A stretch of DNA of 37,067 nucleotides, from positions 1-37,067 of the IMG/VR virus record IMGVR_UViG_3300032225_000582. One strand, given 5' to 3'. The notes under the pieces are model-generated. The model was not told the origin of the DNA and searched no databases. It saw only the letters and a list, made by a program, of their open reading frames with translations. Origin of the DNA: a virus. Lineage: Duplodnaviria; Caudoviricetes. Made by a program: the position numbers and the translations under genes. Shown piece by piece: positions 8,780 to 15,963 of this stretch (the stretch's first letter is position 1; the number at the start of each line of letters is the position of its first letter).

Positions 8780-9245
8780 AGTTGGACACGAACAGTATGC
8801 TGGACGCCTTGCGATACCTTATATAACCAAGACAGGTGTAGTAGACTTACGATTTAGAAGCCTTAACCCCGCAGTTGAACCTAAGTATATGGGTATGACT
8901 GGTGCTGAAACTAGAATGTACAATGTGCTTGATATAGAACAAGCAGGAGATTTTATAGGGGTATGCGAAGGTGAACTGGATACTATTACTCTCAGTTATT
9001 GTGTTGGCGTTCCTTGCATTGGTGTACCTGGAGCAAACTCTTGGAAGAAACATTACACACGATTGCTTGCAGACTTTGAAAGAGTATTCATCTTTGCTGA
9101 TGGTGACCAAGCAGGGTCAGAGTTCGCCAAGAGTCTTGCCAGAGAACTTCCAGTTACTATCGTACAACTCCCCGAAGGAGAAGATGTTAATTCGATGTTC
9201 GTGCAAGCAGGGGCTGGGTATTTCCACGAAAAGTTGGACATCTGA
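8628..9245 (+). CDS. DNA primase catalytic TOPRIM part
   Basis: YLESRGI, RLAIPY, PKY, VCEGELD and FADGDQAG motifs. Confidence 0.9.
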   Translation: MKHGHLQKELLGKATKKYAESIHLAYDYLESRGISQAVARLASLGVVSEPEVGHEQYAGRLAIPYITKTGVVDLRFRSLNPAVEPKYMGMTGAETRMYNVLDIEQAGDFIGVCEGELDTITLSYCVGVPCIGVPGANSWKKHYTRLLADFERVFIFADGDQAGSEFAKSLARELPVTIVQLPEGEDVNSMFVQAGAGYFHEKLDI

Positions 9246-9620
9246 TTGAATGACTTCGACCCTGATGAGCCACCTGAGTCTTACTGCCACGACTGTCACA
9301 CTCAGTTTGATAACTCATTTGATTTGATTGACCATACGTTAGAAGAAGACGAAGACTTCGACCCGTACTACATACTGCCCAATGGGTTTAAGTTATTATT
9401 AGGTTCGTTGCTTCGCTTTATGTATCACAATGCAGAAAATCCAGAAAAGATTAGACTGATAACTCAATCAACCTTTGTAACTTTATTTGCTGGTGAGATG
9501 GGTTACGATTTGATAGATGAATTGGTTGAAGATATGGTGGTCAAGTCTGCGTTGCAGGATTTTGATAAGTCACTGAAAGAACTACTGTCGGAGGAAACTG
9601 ATGAAGAAGGCGGAGCGTGA
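9246..9620 (+). CDS. Acidic hypothetical protein with CxxC…H motif
   Basis: CHDC…DH; contiguous in the operon. Confidence 0.7.
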   Translation: MNDFDPDEPPESYCHDCHTQFDNSFDLIDHTLEEDEDFDPYYILPNGFKLLLGSLLRFMYHNAENPEKIRLITQSTFVTLFAGEMGYDLIDELVEDMVVKSALQDFDKSLKELLSEETDEEGGA

Positions 9621-9747
9621 AGAGATATGGCAGATTATAACCCACTTGGCAGAACAAGGGCTGAACGTGAAGAAGTATGTTGTGGAGGAAAAGACTCTAG
9701 TAGTAACGCTGCACATTCCCCTACTAACTGGACAGAGTTTGAGTTAA
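9601..9747 (+). CDS. 48-aa hypothetical protein (absent from ORF track)
   Basis: GGAGGA SD + ATG; MKKAEREEIWQIITHLAEQGLNVKKYVVEEKTLVVTLHIPLLTGQSLS. Confidence 0.6.
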   Translation: MKKAEREEIWQIITHLAEQGLNVKKYVVEEKTLVVTLHIPLLTGQSLS

Positions 9748-10016
9748 ATGTCCGAGATACTATGCAAGAACTTGGTGACCTGCTCATCAAGAAGCACCGA
9801 GACTATGGACCAAAGAACATAGCCAACTCGCCTTATGGTGCAACACAGGGATTAGTAGTACGGATGTGGGATAAAATAGCCCGCATTGTTAATCTAACTA
9901 AACAAGGCAACACTACCGCTGAGAACGAACCCCTTGAAGACTCATTCAAAGACATAGCAAACTATGGTATAATTGGGCTACTCGTTCTAAGGGGCAAGTG
10001 GGATAGTGGCAACTAA
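9627..10016 (+). CDS. Nucleotide-modification-associated domain 1 (DUF1599-like) protein; true start may be further downstream
   Basis: KKHRDYG…RMWDKIARI…EPLEDSFKDIANYGII. Confidence 0.8.
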   Translation: MADYNPLGRTRAEREEVCCGGKDSSSNAAHSPTNWTEFELNVRDTMQELGDLLIKKHRDYGPKNIANSPYGATQGLVVRMWDKIARIVNLTKQGNTTAENEPLEDSFKDIANYGIIGLLVLRGKWDSGN

Positions 10017-10404
10017 ATCTAGTTTTGATTTAGACTTTGGCTTTGGTCGCAAAGGCGAACAACTTGTAGATGAGTTGCTTACTGGTGGACGTACTGTTGA
10101 GGTTAAGCGTGACCGCAAATGGTTTAAGACAAACAATCTTTATATAGAAACAGAGTGCTACTTCCAAAAGACTAGCGCCTGGGCGCCCTCTGGACTTGGT
10201 GTAACTGAGGCTGCATACTGGGCGTTCGTGTTGCAAGAGTCAACTCTTATCGTGCTAACCGATGTGCTGCGATATGCAGTCAAGGAATTTGGCAGAGAGA
10301 TAAGTTGTTTCATTCCTCCGAACCAAAGTAAAGGCTTCCTCATAACTGTTGATGACTTGATGACTGCGACTAGGAAGTATAAGGATGACGATAGAGTGGA
10401 ATAG
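10006..10404 (+). CDS. PD-(D/E)XK-like putative nuclease
   Basis: G..GE…TVEVKRD…NLYIE…PSGL..T.A.YW pattern. Confidence 0.6.
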   Translation: MATKSSFDLDFGFGRKGEQLVDELLTGGRTVEVKRDRKWFKTNNLYIETECYFQKTSAWAPSGLGVTEAAYWAFVLQESTLIVLTDVLRYAVKEFGREISCFIPPNQSKGFLITVDDLMTATRKYKDDDRVE

Positions 10405-11056
10405 AATTGAGCGTTGGCAATACATCATTGATGCAGTTGCCTCTGACTACTGTCGCAAATTTGAAATAGACTTTGATGATATTAGGCAAGAACTTTACCA
10501 ATGGTTTGTCACTCATCCCAATAAGTTAAATGAGTGGGAAGCAATCGGTGACAAGGATGCAAAGAACCTTATCTATCGTAGCCTTCGCAACCAAGCGTTG
10601 GATTATTGCCAACGTTGGAAAGCAAAGTCTGGTGGCTACGAGACTAGCGACTTGTTTTATTATGAAGCCGATATGGTTGAGGCTCTGTTGCCCTCTGTCT
10701 TAAGAGGTGACTTCAACATAACCGCTCAGTTAAATCTTGGCAGACCTGGCAGACCCAGCGCACCCAACGAGGGTGGCAACCTTATGGCTATGATGATTGA
10801 AGTAGACTTTGGGTTCTGGAAGTTGAGCAAAGATGATAGGAAGTTATTGTTCCTGCGCTACGCTGAGGCTATGCACTTTGATGACATCGCAAAAGAATTA
10901 GAGTTGGGTTCAGAAGATACTGCTCGTATGAGAAACAAGCGTGCCATTCGCAAACTAATCAACCGCATCGGTGGGTTCAAACCATTCCGAGATGAAGACT
11001 CTCAGGACTCAGATAACTCCGACTCAGCAGGGTCAGACCAAAGCCCCTCTGGATAA
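10385..11056 (+). CDS. RNA polymerase sigma-70 (ECF-like) factor
   Basis: DDIRQEL…LRNQALDY (region 2); LSKDDRKLLFLRY…FDDIAKEL…RAIRKL (region 4 HTH). Confidence 0.75.
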   Translation: MTIEWNRIERWQYIIDAVASDYCRKFEIDFDDIRQELYQWFVTHPNKLNEWEAIGDKDAKNLIYRSLRNQALDYCQRWKAKSGGYETSDLFYYEADMVEALLPSVLRGDFNITAQLNLGRPGRPSAPNEGGNLMAMMIEVDFGFWKLSKDDRKLLFLRYAEAMHFDDIAKELELGSEDTARMRNKRAIRKLINRIGGFKPFRDEDSQDSDNSDSAGSDQSPSG

Positions 11057-11118
11057 TCTCTAATCATTTCTTTTTCGTATAGTTCTGTAATCTCTTTCCA
11101 ACTTTGTATCTTGTTCAT
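11002..11118 (-). CDS. 38-aa acidic microprotein, tail-to-tail overlap with the sigma gene
   Basis: AGGAGG SD; MNKIQSWKEITELYEKEMIRDYPEGLWSDPAESELSES. Confidence 0.6.
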   Translation of the reverse strand: MNKIQSWKEITELYEKEMIRDYPEGLWSDPAESELSES

Positions 11119-11119
11119 T

Positions 11120-11287
11120 TTACCCTCCTGTTGAATAAAATCCTGTGCCAGTAAATTTTACTGCTGGTGCTGACCATACACGACTCATTGTTAATTGGCA
11201 ACAAGTTGGGTCTGTGTCGTCACCAAAATCTTTTTGTATCTCTCTAGTGCCACCACATTGGTTACACTTATACTCATAAGTAGGCAT
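11120..11287 (-). CDS. FmdB-family zinc-ribbon protein, 55 aa (absent from ORF track)
   Basis: MPTYEYKCNQCG…PTCC..TMSRVWSAPAVKFTGTGFYST. Confidence 0.85.
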   Translation of the reverse strand: MPTYEYKCNQCGGTREIQKDFGDDTDPTCCQLTMSRVWSAPAVKFTGTGFYSTGG

Positions 11288-11462
11288 CATCATCTCCGTC
11301 TATCGGTGTCGGTGCAGTACTCAACGAACCACACTCCTTGCATTTCTGTTTTAAATCATACCAACCCACAGTTCTGTCTTCCATATCCCACATTACGGTT
11401 ACCTCAAACATAAGGCAACCACATATACAGGCTAAGGTAGGCTCACCTTGTAGGTCAAACAT
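11274..11462 (-). CDS. Zn-ribbon hypothetical protein (likely start ATG 11462)
   Basis: DLQGEPTLACICG…CKECGSLSTAPTP; start overlaps the upstream stop. Confidence 0.7.
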   Translation of the reverse strand: MFDLQGEPTLACICGCLMFEVTVMWDMEDRTVGWYDLKQKCKECGSLSTAPTPIDGDDDAYL

Positions 11463-11872
11463 CAGTACCAGCCCTTGCGATGGTGTCTCCACGCATTACA
11501 AGGGGTGTTATACCTGTGTTCTATGTAGTGAAAGGCTCGTAGTATCTGAGTTGCAGGGTCGGAAGACTTCTCGCCTAACATCTGTCCAATTCCATATGCA
11601 CTAGAACCTTTAGAGTTCTTGGCTAAATGGTCATATTTACTTTCTTTCATAAAGATTAAGTCAACACAGGCTACTTGTCGCTTGTCCCAACCGAACCCAA
11701 CGCGGGCAAAGTTATCTGCCATAGCCTTGTTAGCCCGCTTCTGTGCCATTGTTGCCTTAGTCTGCACCATTATTGGGTGTCTGACTTTCACATCTAACTC
11801 TACCTTTTTAGATATAGGAAAAAGTGAGGCAATTACTAGCAGCCCGATGAGGGCTATCGTCTGTCTTTTCAT
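11462..11872 (-). CDS. Secreted lytic transglycosylase (SLT/lysozyme-like)
   Basis: N-terminal hydrophobic signal; KES…A.N..SSAYGIGQ…Q…YI.HRY.TPC.AW…GWY. Confidence 0.85.
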   Translation of the reverse strand: MKRQTIALIGLLVIASLFPISKKVELDVKVRHPIMVQTKATMAQKRANKAMADNFARVGFGWDKRQVACVDLIFMKESKYDHLAKNSKGSSAYGIGQMLGEKSSDPATQILRAFHYIEHRYNTPCNAWRHHRKGWY

Positions 11873-12216
11873 ACCCTAATTGTAACAATTTTCGCCCTGA
11901 CTTGCTTCCTGTGACGCGTCTCATTGTGTACTACATAACTTGTAGGCTTATATCCTGCTATCAAAGCACGCTCACTGGTCATAAGTCCACCCCATATCGT
12001 GCCACAACCGCCAATTCCATTGACTATATTCTCATTCTCCATACCTTGTGCTAAACATTGCGCCCTAACGGGGCAAGAGTTACATAACTCTATCGCCTGA
12101 ATACTTCTTAAGACTTCAAGTTGTTGCTCATCTGGAAAGCGTGTGTTCTCGTAGTGCCACAGGTCAGGGTCAGGGTGACCCGAACATAAACCTTCTTTGT
12201 GCCAGTCTCTATTCAT
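11869..12216 (-). CDS. whiB: WhiB-family Fe-S transcription factor
   Basis: W….C…DPDLW…AIELCNSCPVRAQC…IWGG….ER (4 Cys plus the turn motif). Confidence 0.9.
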   Translation of the reverse strand: MNRDWHKEGLCSGHPDPDLWHYENTRFPDEQQLEVLRSIQAIELCNSCPVRAQCLAQGMENENIVNGIGGCGTIWGGLMTSERALIAGYKPTSYVVHNETRHRKQVRAKIVTIRV

Positions 12217-12295
12217 CTATCTCTCCAATTAGTCCAGTAAAAAACCAATTTAGTTTTATATCTAACGCCTAATAAAATTAAGATTAGTATTGAGG

Positions 12296-12499
12296 TCAAT
12301 GCAACTCCATAATTCTGTGCGCCTCTGCATAATCTAAGTCTTCCATTATTACGCGAGCAGTAGTCTGAACTGAGAACAACCATTCGTCCTTCTGTTCGTT
12401 GCCCATATCTGCCCAGTTATCGGGCATAACTACATCATCTGGCACATTAACCTCTGTTACCCGTGTACCACTTACCAAATACGCTACTCTAAATTTCAT
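12296..12499 (-). CDS. Hypothetical protein, 67 aa
   Basis: GGGAG SD, TAATG coupling. Confidence 0.7.
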   Translation of the reverse strand: MKFRVAYLVSGTRVTEVNVPDDVVMPDNWADMGNEQKDEWLFSVQTTARVIMEDLDYAEAHRIMELH

Positions 12500-12639
12500 T
12501 ATTTGCTCCCGTCTTCTACTACTTCGTTATCCCAACCGCACTCGCGGCAAGTGAACCAATATGTACCATTCTTGTATTCATAACTAGAGTTCTCTGCTTC
12601 GCAGTTCTCTGCCTCGCATAGCACCACATAACTACTCAT
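12499..12639 (-). CDS. 46-aa Zn-ribbon microprotein
   Basis: GGAGGT SD; MSSYVVLCEAENC…FTCRECGWDNE. Confidence 0.7.
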   Translation of the reverse strand: MSSYVVLCEAENCEAENSSYEYKNGTYWFTCRECGWDNEVVEDGSK

Positions 12640-12796
12640 TGTCTACCTCCGCAAGAAACAATTCATATATCGCTTCTCTTTTTTCTTTGGGCGTAATACC
12701 CCATATATATCCTAATAAATAGTAAGCGCCTGTTGCCTTATCGTTGCCCCTTATCTTGCGGCATACCGCTATCACATCACTTAGTTCTGTATCCAT
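12632..12796 (-). CDS. Hypothetical protein (MDTELSDV…), 54 aa
   Basis: GGAAGGA purine-rich leader; internal ATG of the listed ORF. Confidence 0.6.
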   Translation of the reverse strand: MDTELSDVIAVCRKIRGNDKATGAYYLLGYIWGITPKEKREAIYELFLAEVDNE

Positions 12797-12897
12797 AGTA
12801 TTCTTCCTTCCCTTCCGCTTTCTTGGCAGAACCGACATACATCTGCGTCATCTTCTGGCTTCTCAAACATTCTGAAACACTCAATACATTCTTTCAT
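12781..12897 (-). CDS. 38-aa CxxC…CxxC microprotein
   Basis: MKECIECFRMFEKPEDDADVCRFCQE…; ATGA overlap. Confidence 0.6.
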   Translation of the reverse strand: MKECIECFRMFEKPEDDADVCRFCQESGREGRILWIQN

Positions 12898-13148
12898 TGG
12901 CTTACCACCCTCGGGCAGTCAGGTGCTAATTGCCCCTGCTCTGGGTCTTCACATATGCACCAGCCGAACCGCTCTACCTGTGTAGCGTGGGTTAATTCTG
13001 CTAACTCACCCCACGAAATAGACACTTGGCTGTAACACGACTGGCAAATTGCTCTGTCTTCCCCACTAAACCAGTCTGTTGCTATGTCGTTGCAGTCATC
13101 ACAAGTAATCGTATCTCCTAATCCTTTTACTGCTGTGTATATACTCAT
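12894..13148 (-). CDS. Cys-rich hypothetical protein, 84 aa
   Basis: ACAGGAG SD; CDDC…CQSC…CIC…C. Confidence 0.75.
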   Translation of the reverse strand: MSIYTAVKGLGDTITCDDCNDIATDWFSGEDRAICQSCYSQVSISWGELAELTHATQVERFGWCICEDPEQGQLAPDCPRVVSQ

Positions 13149-13209
13149 TTAGTTTTCTCCTGTCTCATCTGCTATCGGTTGCATACTTAGTATTCCAAGT
13201 ACGGATAAA

Positions 13210-13238
13210 ATAATAATCGGTAATCCTGCAAGAGTCAA
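13210..13238 (-). promoter_or_regulatory. Sigma-A-type early promoter TTGACT-N17-TATTAT
   Basis: Near-consensus hexamers with 17-nt spacing in an intergenic gap, followed by a hairpin and SD. Confidence 0.8.
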
Positions 13239-13243
13239 GGCTA

Positions 13244-13345
13244 TCAAGGTCTGCACCCGCAATTTTCTAGCGGGGTCAAGCAGTCTCCGCAGAATATTGT
13301 GCATATTGTGCAGCCGTCTCCCTCGCACTCAATACACTCAGTCAT
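13244..13345 (-). CDS. 33-aa microprotein with 8 Cys
   Basis: MTECIECEGDGCTICTIFCGDCLTPLENCGCRP; GGGAG SD, TAATG coupling. Confidence 0.65.
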   Translation of the reverse strand: MTECIECEGDGCTICTIFCGDCLTPLENCGCRP

Positions 13346-13539
13346 TAGTTTAATTCTCCCGTCTTGGTAACTGATACTGAGTAATAGTCTGGAATAGTCA
13401 AGCCATTCTGGTCTGCTACCGCAATAGCCCACCCAATAATTTGCACCTCTGCCTCTTCGCTATCTTTCTCGTGATAGCACAACACATTTATAACCCATTG
13501 GCTACCATAAAACTTTACTTCATACTCGTATTCTTTCAT
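13345..13539 (-). CDS. Hypothetical protein, 64 aa
   Basis: TAATG coupling on both sides. Confidence 0.7.
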   Translation of the reverse strand: MKEYEYEVKFYGSQWVINVLCYHEKDSEEAEVQIIGWAIAVADQNGLTIPDYYSVSVTKTGELN

Positions 13540-13655
13540 TACAGTCTTCCTTCCCCTTCTTCATCGTGGCTCGTGTGCCACACACACCAGTCCTCAACGC
13601 TCACGCCTACACCGTTGCGGTCAATAGGCTCATTACACACGGCACATTTAGTCAT
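13539..13655 (-). CDS. 38-aa CxxC…H microprotein
   Basis: MTKCAVCNEPIDR…WH; TAATG coupling. Confidence 0.65.
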   Translation of the reverse strand: MTKCAVCNEPIDRNGVGVSVEDWCVWHTSHDEEGEGRL

Positions 13656-13762
13656 TACTGAACCTGCCAACTCATTTGATTTTCGTGGCAGCAGTCCTCA
13701 CAGTAATCACACTCAAATTCTGCTCGGTTAATTTGCTCGTCACAATTTTTGCATTTAGTCAT
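13655..13762 (-). CDS. 35-aa CxxC…CxxC microprotein
   Basis: MTKCKNCDEQI…YCEDCC; GGAGGA SD; TAATG coupling. Confidence 0.65.
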   Translation of the reverse strand: MTKCKNCDEQINRAEFECDYCEDCCHENQMSWQVQ

Positions 13763-13920
13763 TACAGTCCTCCTTCGTAGCACTCGGTAATTGTTCCCCA
13801 ACAGTAGCCAGTTAAGCCTTGTCCTGTATAGTTAATATGTCCTGCGATATAGATAACCAGTAGCGCCCAGATTAAAATTGCTACGGCTCGCACTCGCTTG
13901 CCTCGTTTAGTTAGTTTCAT
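13762..13920 (-). CDS. 52-aa single-TM membrane protein (MKLTKRGKRVR…)
   Basis: Basic N-terminus, hydrophobic helix, C-terminal Cys pair. Confidence 0.7.
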   Translation of the reverse strand: MKLTKRGKRVRAVAILIWALLVIYIAGHINYTGQGLTGYCWGTITECYEGGL

Positions 13921-14008
13921 TACTATCCCCCCAGCAGTTATTACACACGGCTCTTTCTGTGATAGCGCAAGCGTGTTGCGCTTCATCTCCGCAAGACCAG
14001 CACTTCAT
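13907..14008 (-). CDS. 33-aa CxxC…CxxC microprotein
   Basis: MKCWSCGDE…VCNNCW; GGAGG SD; TAATG coupling. Confidence 0.6.
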   Translation of the reverse strand: MKCWSCGDEAQHACAITERAVCNNCWGDSNETN

Positions 14009-14091
14009 TACTCCGCCTCCTTGCAGTCGCACTCTGTTTTTAATATCTCGTCCATTGGAGATAACTGGCAGTCGCATAACTCTTTACTCAT
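14008..14091 (-). CDS. 27-aa CxC…CxC microprotein
   Basis: MSKELCDCQLSPMDEILKTECDCKEAE; fills the gap exactly. Confidence 0.5.
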   Translation of the reverse strand: MSKELCDCQLSPMDEILKTECDCKEAE

Positions 14092-14269
14092 TACTTCCCC
14101 CTATTTCCACGATTTTAATTGCTGTGTCTAAAGAATAACCCACACGATTACCCCTAGTCAAGTACCAAGCGCCCGCGTAATTGTGAACCCAACCCCACTT
14201 ATTTTTACCGCTTGCAAATGTAACTCGCACTTTAATTTTTTCTTGTGCGTAACGCTCTAACTCACTCAT
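14084..14269 (-). CDS. Hypothetical protein, 61 aa (start ATG 14269)
   Basis: AGGAGG SD; TAATG coupling. Confidence 0.7.
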   Translation of the reverse strand: MSELERYAQEKIKVRVTFASGKNKWGWVHNYAGAWYLTRGNRVGYSLDTAIKIVEIGGSNE

Positions 14270-14697
14270 TACTCTGCCTCCTGTGCATTTTCTTGAATGA
14301 ATTCCATTACATCTCGCACCGCTTTTGCGTAAAAGGCATAGAGGTACGCGCTCACCGCTTGCCATAGGGGGTTGCCCTCTGTTGAAGAGTCACCGATTAA
14401 CTCCTGTGCCTCTGCCTCTATCTCGTTGCAAGCCCATAGGCTAAACCTGTTCATCTCTTCCCATTGTTCGTTATAGTAAACAGGCACTAGCCCGTCTGCT
14501 ATCTCATTTACATAGTTATCCCACTCTGTACCTGTGTACTGCAGGAGCGCGTCTGCCGCCTCGCGGTAAGCCTTAGCGCCCTCTGTGCGTGAGCAGTTAT
14601 GCGGCATAACCCCGAATAAATCTAGCGGGAATTCTTTATCGGTTGAGCGAGAGATAAACTCCGCCCACTCTTGCGCTGTGCGTGTTGCTGTCTCCAT
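14269..14697 (-). CDS. Acidic Ocr (T7 gp0.3)-like putative anti-restriction DNA mimic
   Basis: VNEIADGLVPVYY resembles Ocr IHMAADNAVPHYY; about 27 D/E vs 9 K/R by hand count; early-region position. Confidence 0.55.
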   Translation of the reverse strand: METATRTAQEWAEFISRSTDKEFPLDLFGVMPHNCSRTEGAKAYREAADALLQYTGTEWDNYVNEIADGLVPVYYNEQWEEMNRFSLWACNEIEAEAQELIGDSSTEGNPLWQAVSAYLYAFYAKAVRDVMEFIQENAQEAE

Positions 14698-14861
14698 TAC
14701 GCCACCGCCTTAACGCGGCGTAGGCGTAGCGCTGTGCCGCGCTCATTTTCCCGATAGGTCTGCAACTGTGCTAGCGCTTGCGCCTTAGTTGCCTCTGTCG
14801 TGAGTAAATCCCACCCGTAACCGTAGTTGCCTTGCACTTCGTATTCATATGCTGTATTCAC
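14697..14861 (-). CDS. 54-aa hypothetical early protein (…YEVQGNYGYGWD…YRENE…)
   Basis: AGGAGG SD + GTG; TAATG coupling. Confidence 0.75.
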   Translation of the reverse strand: MNTAYEYEVQGNYGYGWDLLTTEATKAQALAQLQTYRENERGTALRLRRVKAVA

Positions 14862-14915
14862 ATTAGCCTCCTGTTGCTAATCGGTGGCGGGGCATTGTTG
14901 CCTCGCCTACCTTGC

Positions 14916-14961
14916 GCCCTAGTCTGCCGCGAACAGACGCCCTCTGTAAAGGGGCTAGGGC
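14916..14961 (-). ncRNA. T-loop three-way-junction RNA element, copy C
   Basis: GCCCTAG-C-CCCTTTACAGAGGG-CGT-CTG TTCGCGG CAG-A-CTAGGGC. Confidence 0.7.
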
Positions 14962-14977
14962 TGTGAGTTACCTCACA
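14962..14977. promoter_or_regulatory. CRP/GlxR-type box TGTGA-N6-TCACA (alternatively a GUAA-tetraloop hairpin on -)
   Basis: TGTGAgttaccTCACA. Confidence 0.5.
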
Positions 14978-14980
14978 CTT

Positions 14981-15106
14981 TCATTCTATCTCGCAGTCGT
15001 GTCCGTAAGCCCACGCCGCCGCCTCTTCTTCATTCATAAGGTTGAAAATTGTGAGACATTCGGGGCATTTTGCTAACCCGATTTTCTCTGTGCCATATCG
15101 TTGCAT
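14981..15106 (-). CDS. 41-aa CxxC…HxC microprotein
   Basis: KCPECLTIFNL…WAYGHDCE; GGAGG SD. Confidence 0.75.
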   Translation of the reverse strand: MQRYGTEKIGLAKCPECLTIFNLMNEEEAAAWAYGHDCEIE

Positions 15107-15240
15107 TAGTTCCCCTCCCCTAGATTTTTAAGCGCCCAAGAAAGAGAGTCCAACCGCCCTTGCCAGTAAGCGTCTCCCATATTCTCGCGCATCTTGCTAA
15201 AGATAAACTCTGCCTCTTTCTCTATCATCTCGCGGTTCAT
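15106..15240 (-). CDS. 44-aa hypothetical protein (…YWQGRLDSL…)
   Basis: GAGG SD; TAATG coupling. Confidence 0.7.
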   Translation of the reverse strand: MNREMIEKEAEFIFSKMRENMGDAYWQGRLDSLSWALKNLGEGN

Positions 15241-15243
15241 TAG

Positions 15244-15405
15244 TTAGCCTCTCTTTCGGGTTAATTGGTAACTGGTTACATTAAGGTCAAGCGTAGGTAA
15301 TACCGCCGCTCTAATTAAATCCATTAGTTTATTTTCTAGAGTTAAAGAGTCATTGTGCAATTCCGACCAGTCATCTACCTCTAGCGTTAGTTTATATTTA
15401 CTCAC
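15244..15405 (-). CDS. 53-aa hypothetical protein
   Basis: ACAGGAG SD + GTG. Confidence 0.65.
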   Translation of the reverse strand: MSKYKLTLEVDDWSELHNDSLTLENKLMDLIRAAVLPTLDLNVTSYQLTRKRG

Positions 15406-15464
15406 TTTATTTTCTCCTGTCTCTTTACAATGCGGGGCAAGTATCTCCTGCCCTGCTATTGCGT

Positions 15465-15509
15465 GCCTTGCTAGGTCGTAAACCTGTGCCGATAGTATCG
15501 GGGCAAGGC
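15465..15509 (-). ncRNA. T-loop three-way-junction RNA element, copy B
   Basis: GCCTTGC-C-CCGATACTATCGG-CAC-AGG TTTACGA CCT-A-GCAAGGC. Confidence 0.7.
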
Positions 15510-15517
15510 GGGGCTGT

Positions 15518-15685
15518 CTAGCCCTCTCTGGTAATTTTTCCGCTTACTTTCATCTCTAGAATTCCGGCGCGGTTATAGGCTAGAAAATGCTCTAATTCGT
15601 CCACCGTCTCAAATTCTTCGTGTAGCGTGTTTACGGTTACCTCTGTGCCGTAGACGGCACGCATTTTAAGGGTTGCAAGTATCAC
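15518..15685 (-). CDS. 55-aa hypothetical protein (likely GTG 15685)
   Basis: GTGA overlap with the upstream gene. Confidence 0.6.
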   Translation of the reverse strand: MILATLKMRAVYGTEVTVNTLHEEFETVDELEHFLAYNRAGILEMKVSGKITREG

Positions 15686-15870
15686 AATTCCACCCCGCAA
15701 GCCTTGCGGAATGTCTCCCGATTAAATCGGGGGTTATCCGCCTCTAATCCTGTCGCTAGATTTTCGGTAAGGTCGTACATTAAATCCGCGACATCTTCGC
15801 CGCGTCTAGCCGCTTCGGCTATCGTGCCGCTAATCGCGTCCGCGATTAACTCGTAATCCTTCTTGGTCAT
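15682..15870 (-). CDS. Early protein of MTKKDY…DNPRFNRETF…AC type, function unknown
   Basis: AAGGAGG SD; recognisable phage early-protein motif. Confidence 0.8.
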   Translation of the reverse strand: MTKKDYELIADAISGTIAEAARRGEDVADLMYDLTENLATGLEADNPRFNRETFRKACGVEL

Positions 15871-15919
15871 TTAGTGCCTCCTTGCGTGCCGCCGAGTATC
15901 TCCCGTCTGGCTATCGCGT

Positions 15920-15963
15920 GCCCCCGTGAGTCGTGAACTCTTGCCGCCGATACGGGCGGGGGC
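15920..15963 (-). ncRNA. T-loop three-way-junction RNA element, copy A
   Basis: GCCCCCG-C-CCGTATCGGCGG-CAA-GAG TTCACGA CTC-A-CGGGGGC. Confidence 0.7.

Noticed and set aside
4117-9299. Minus-strand ORFs over the lysis/replication genes (e.g. 4117-4506, 7413-7898) and similar ones over virion genes
   Set aside because: Antisense shadows of motif-bearing + strand genes, with no evident SD or domain signal
14916-15963. Calling the three T-loop elements tRNA genes or terminators
   Set aside because: Only ~45 nt, one arm short of a cloverleaf, no 7-nt anticodon loop, no CCA and no U-tract
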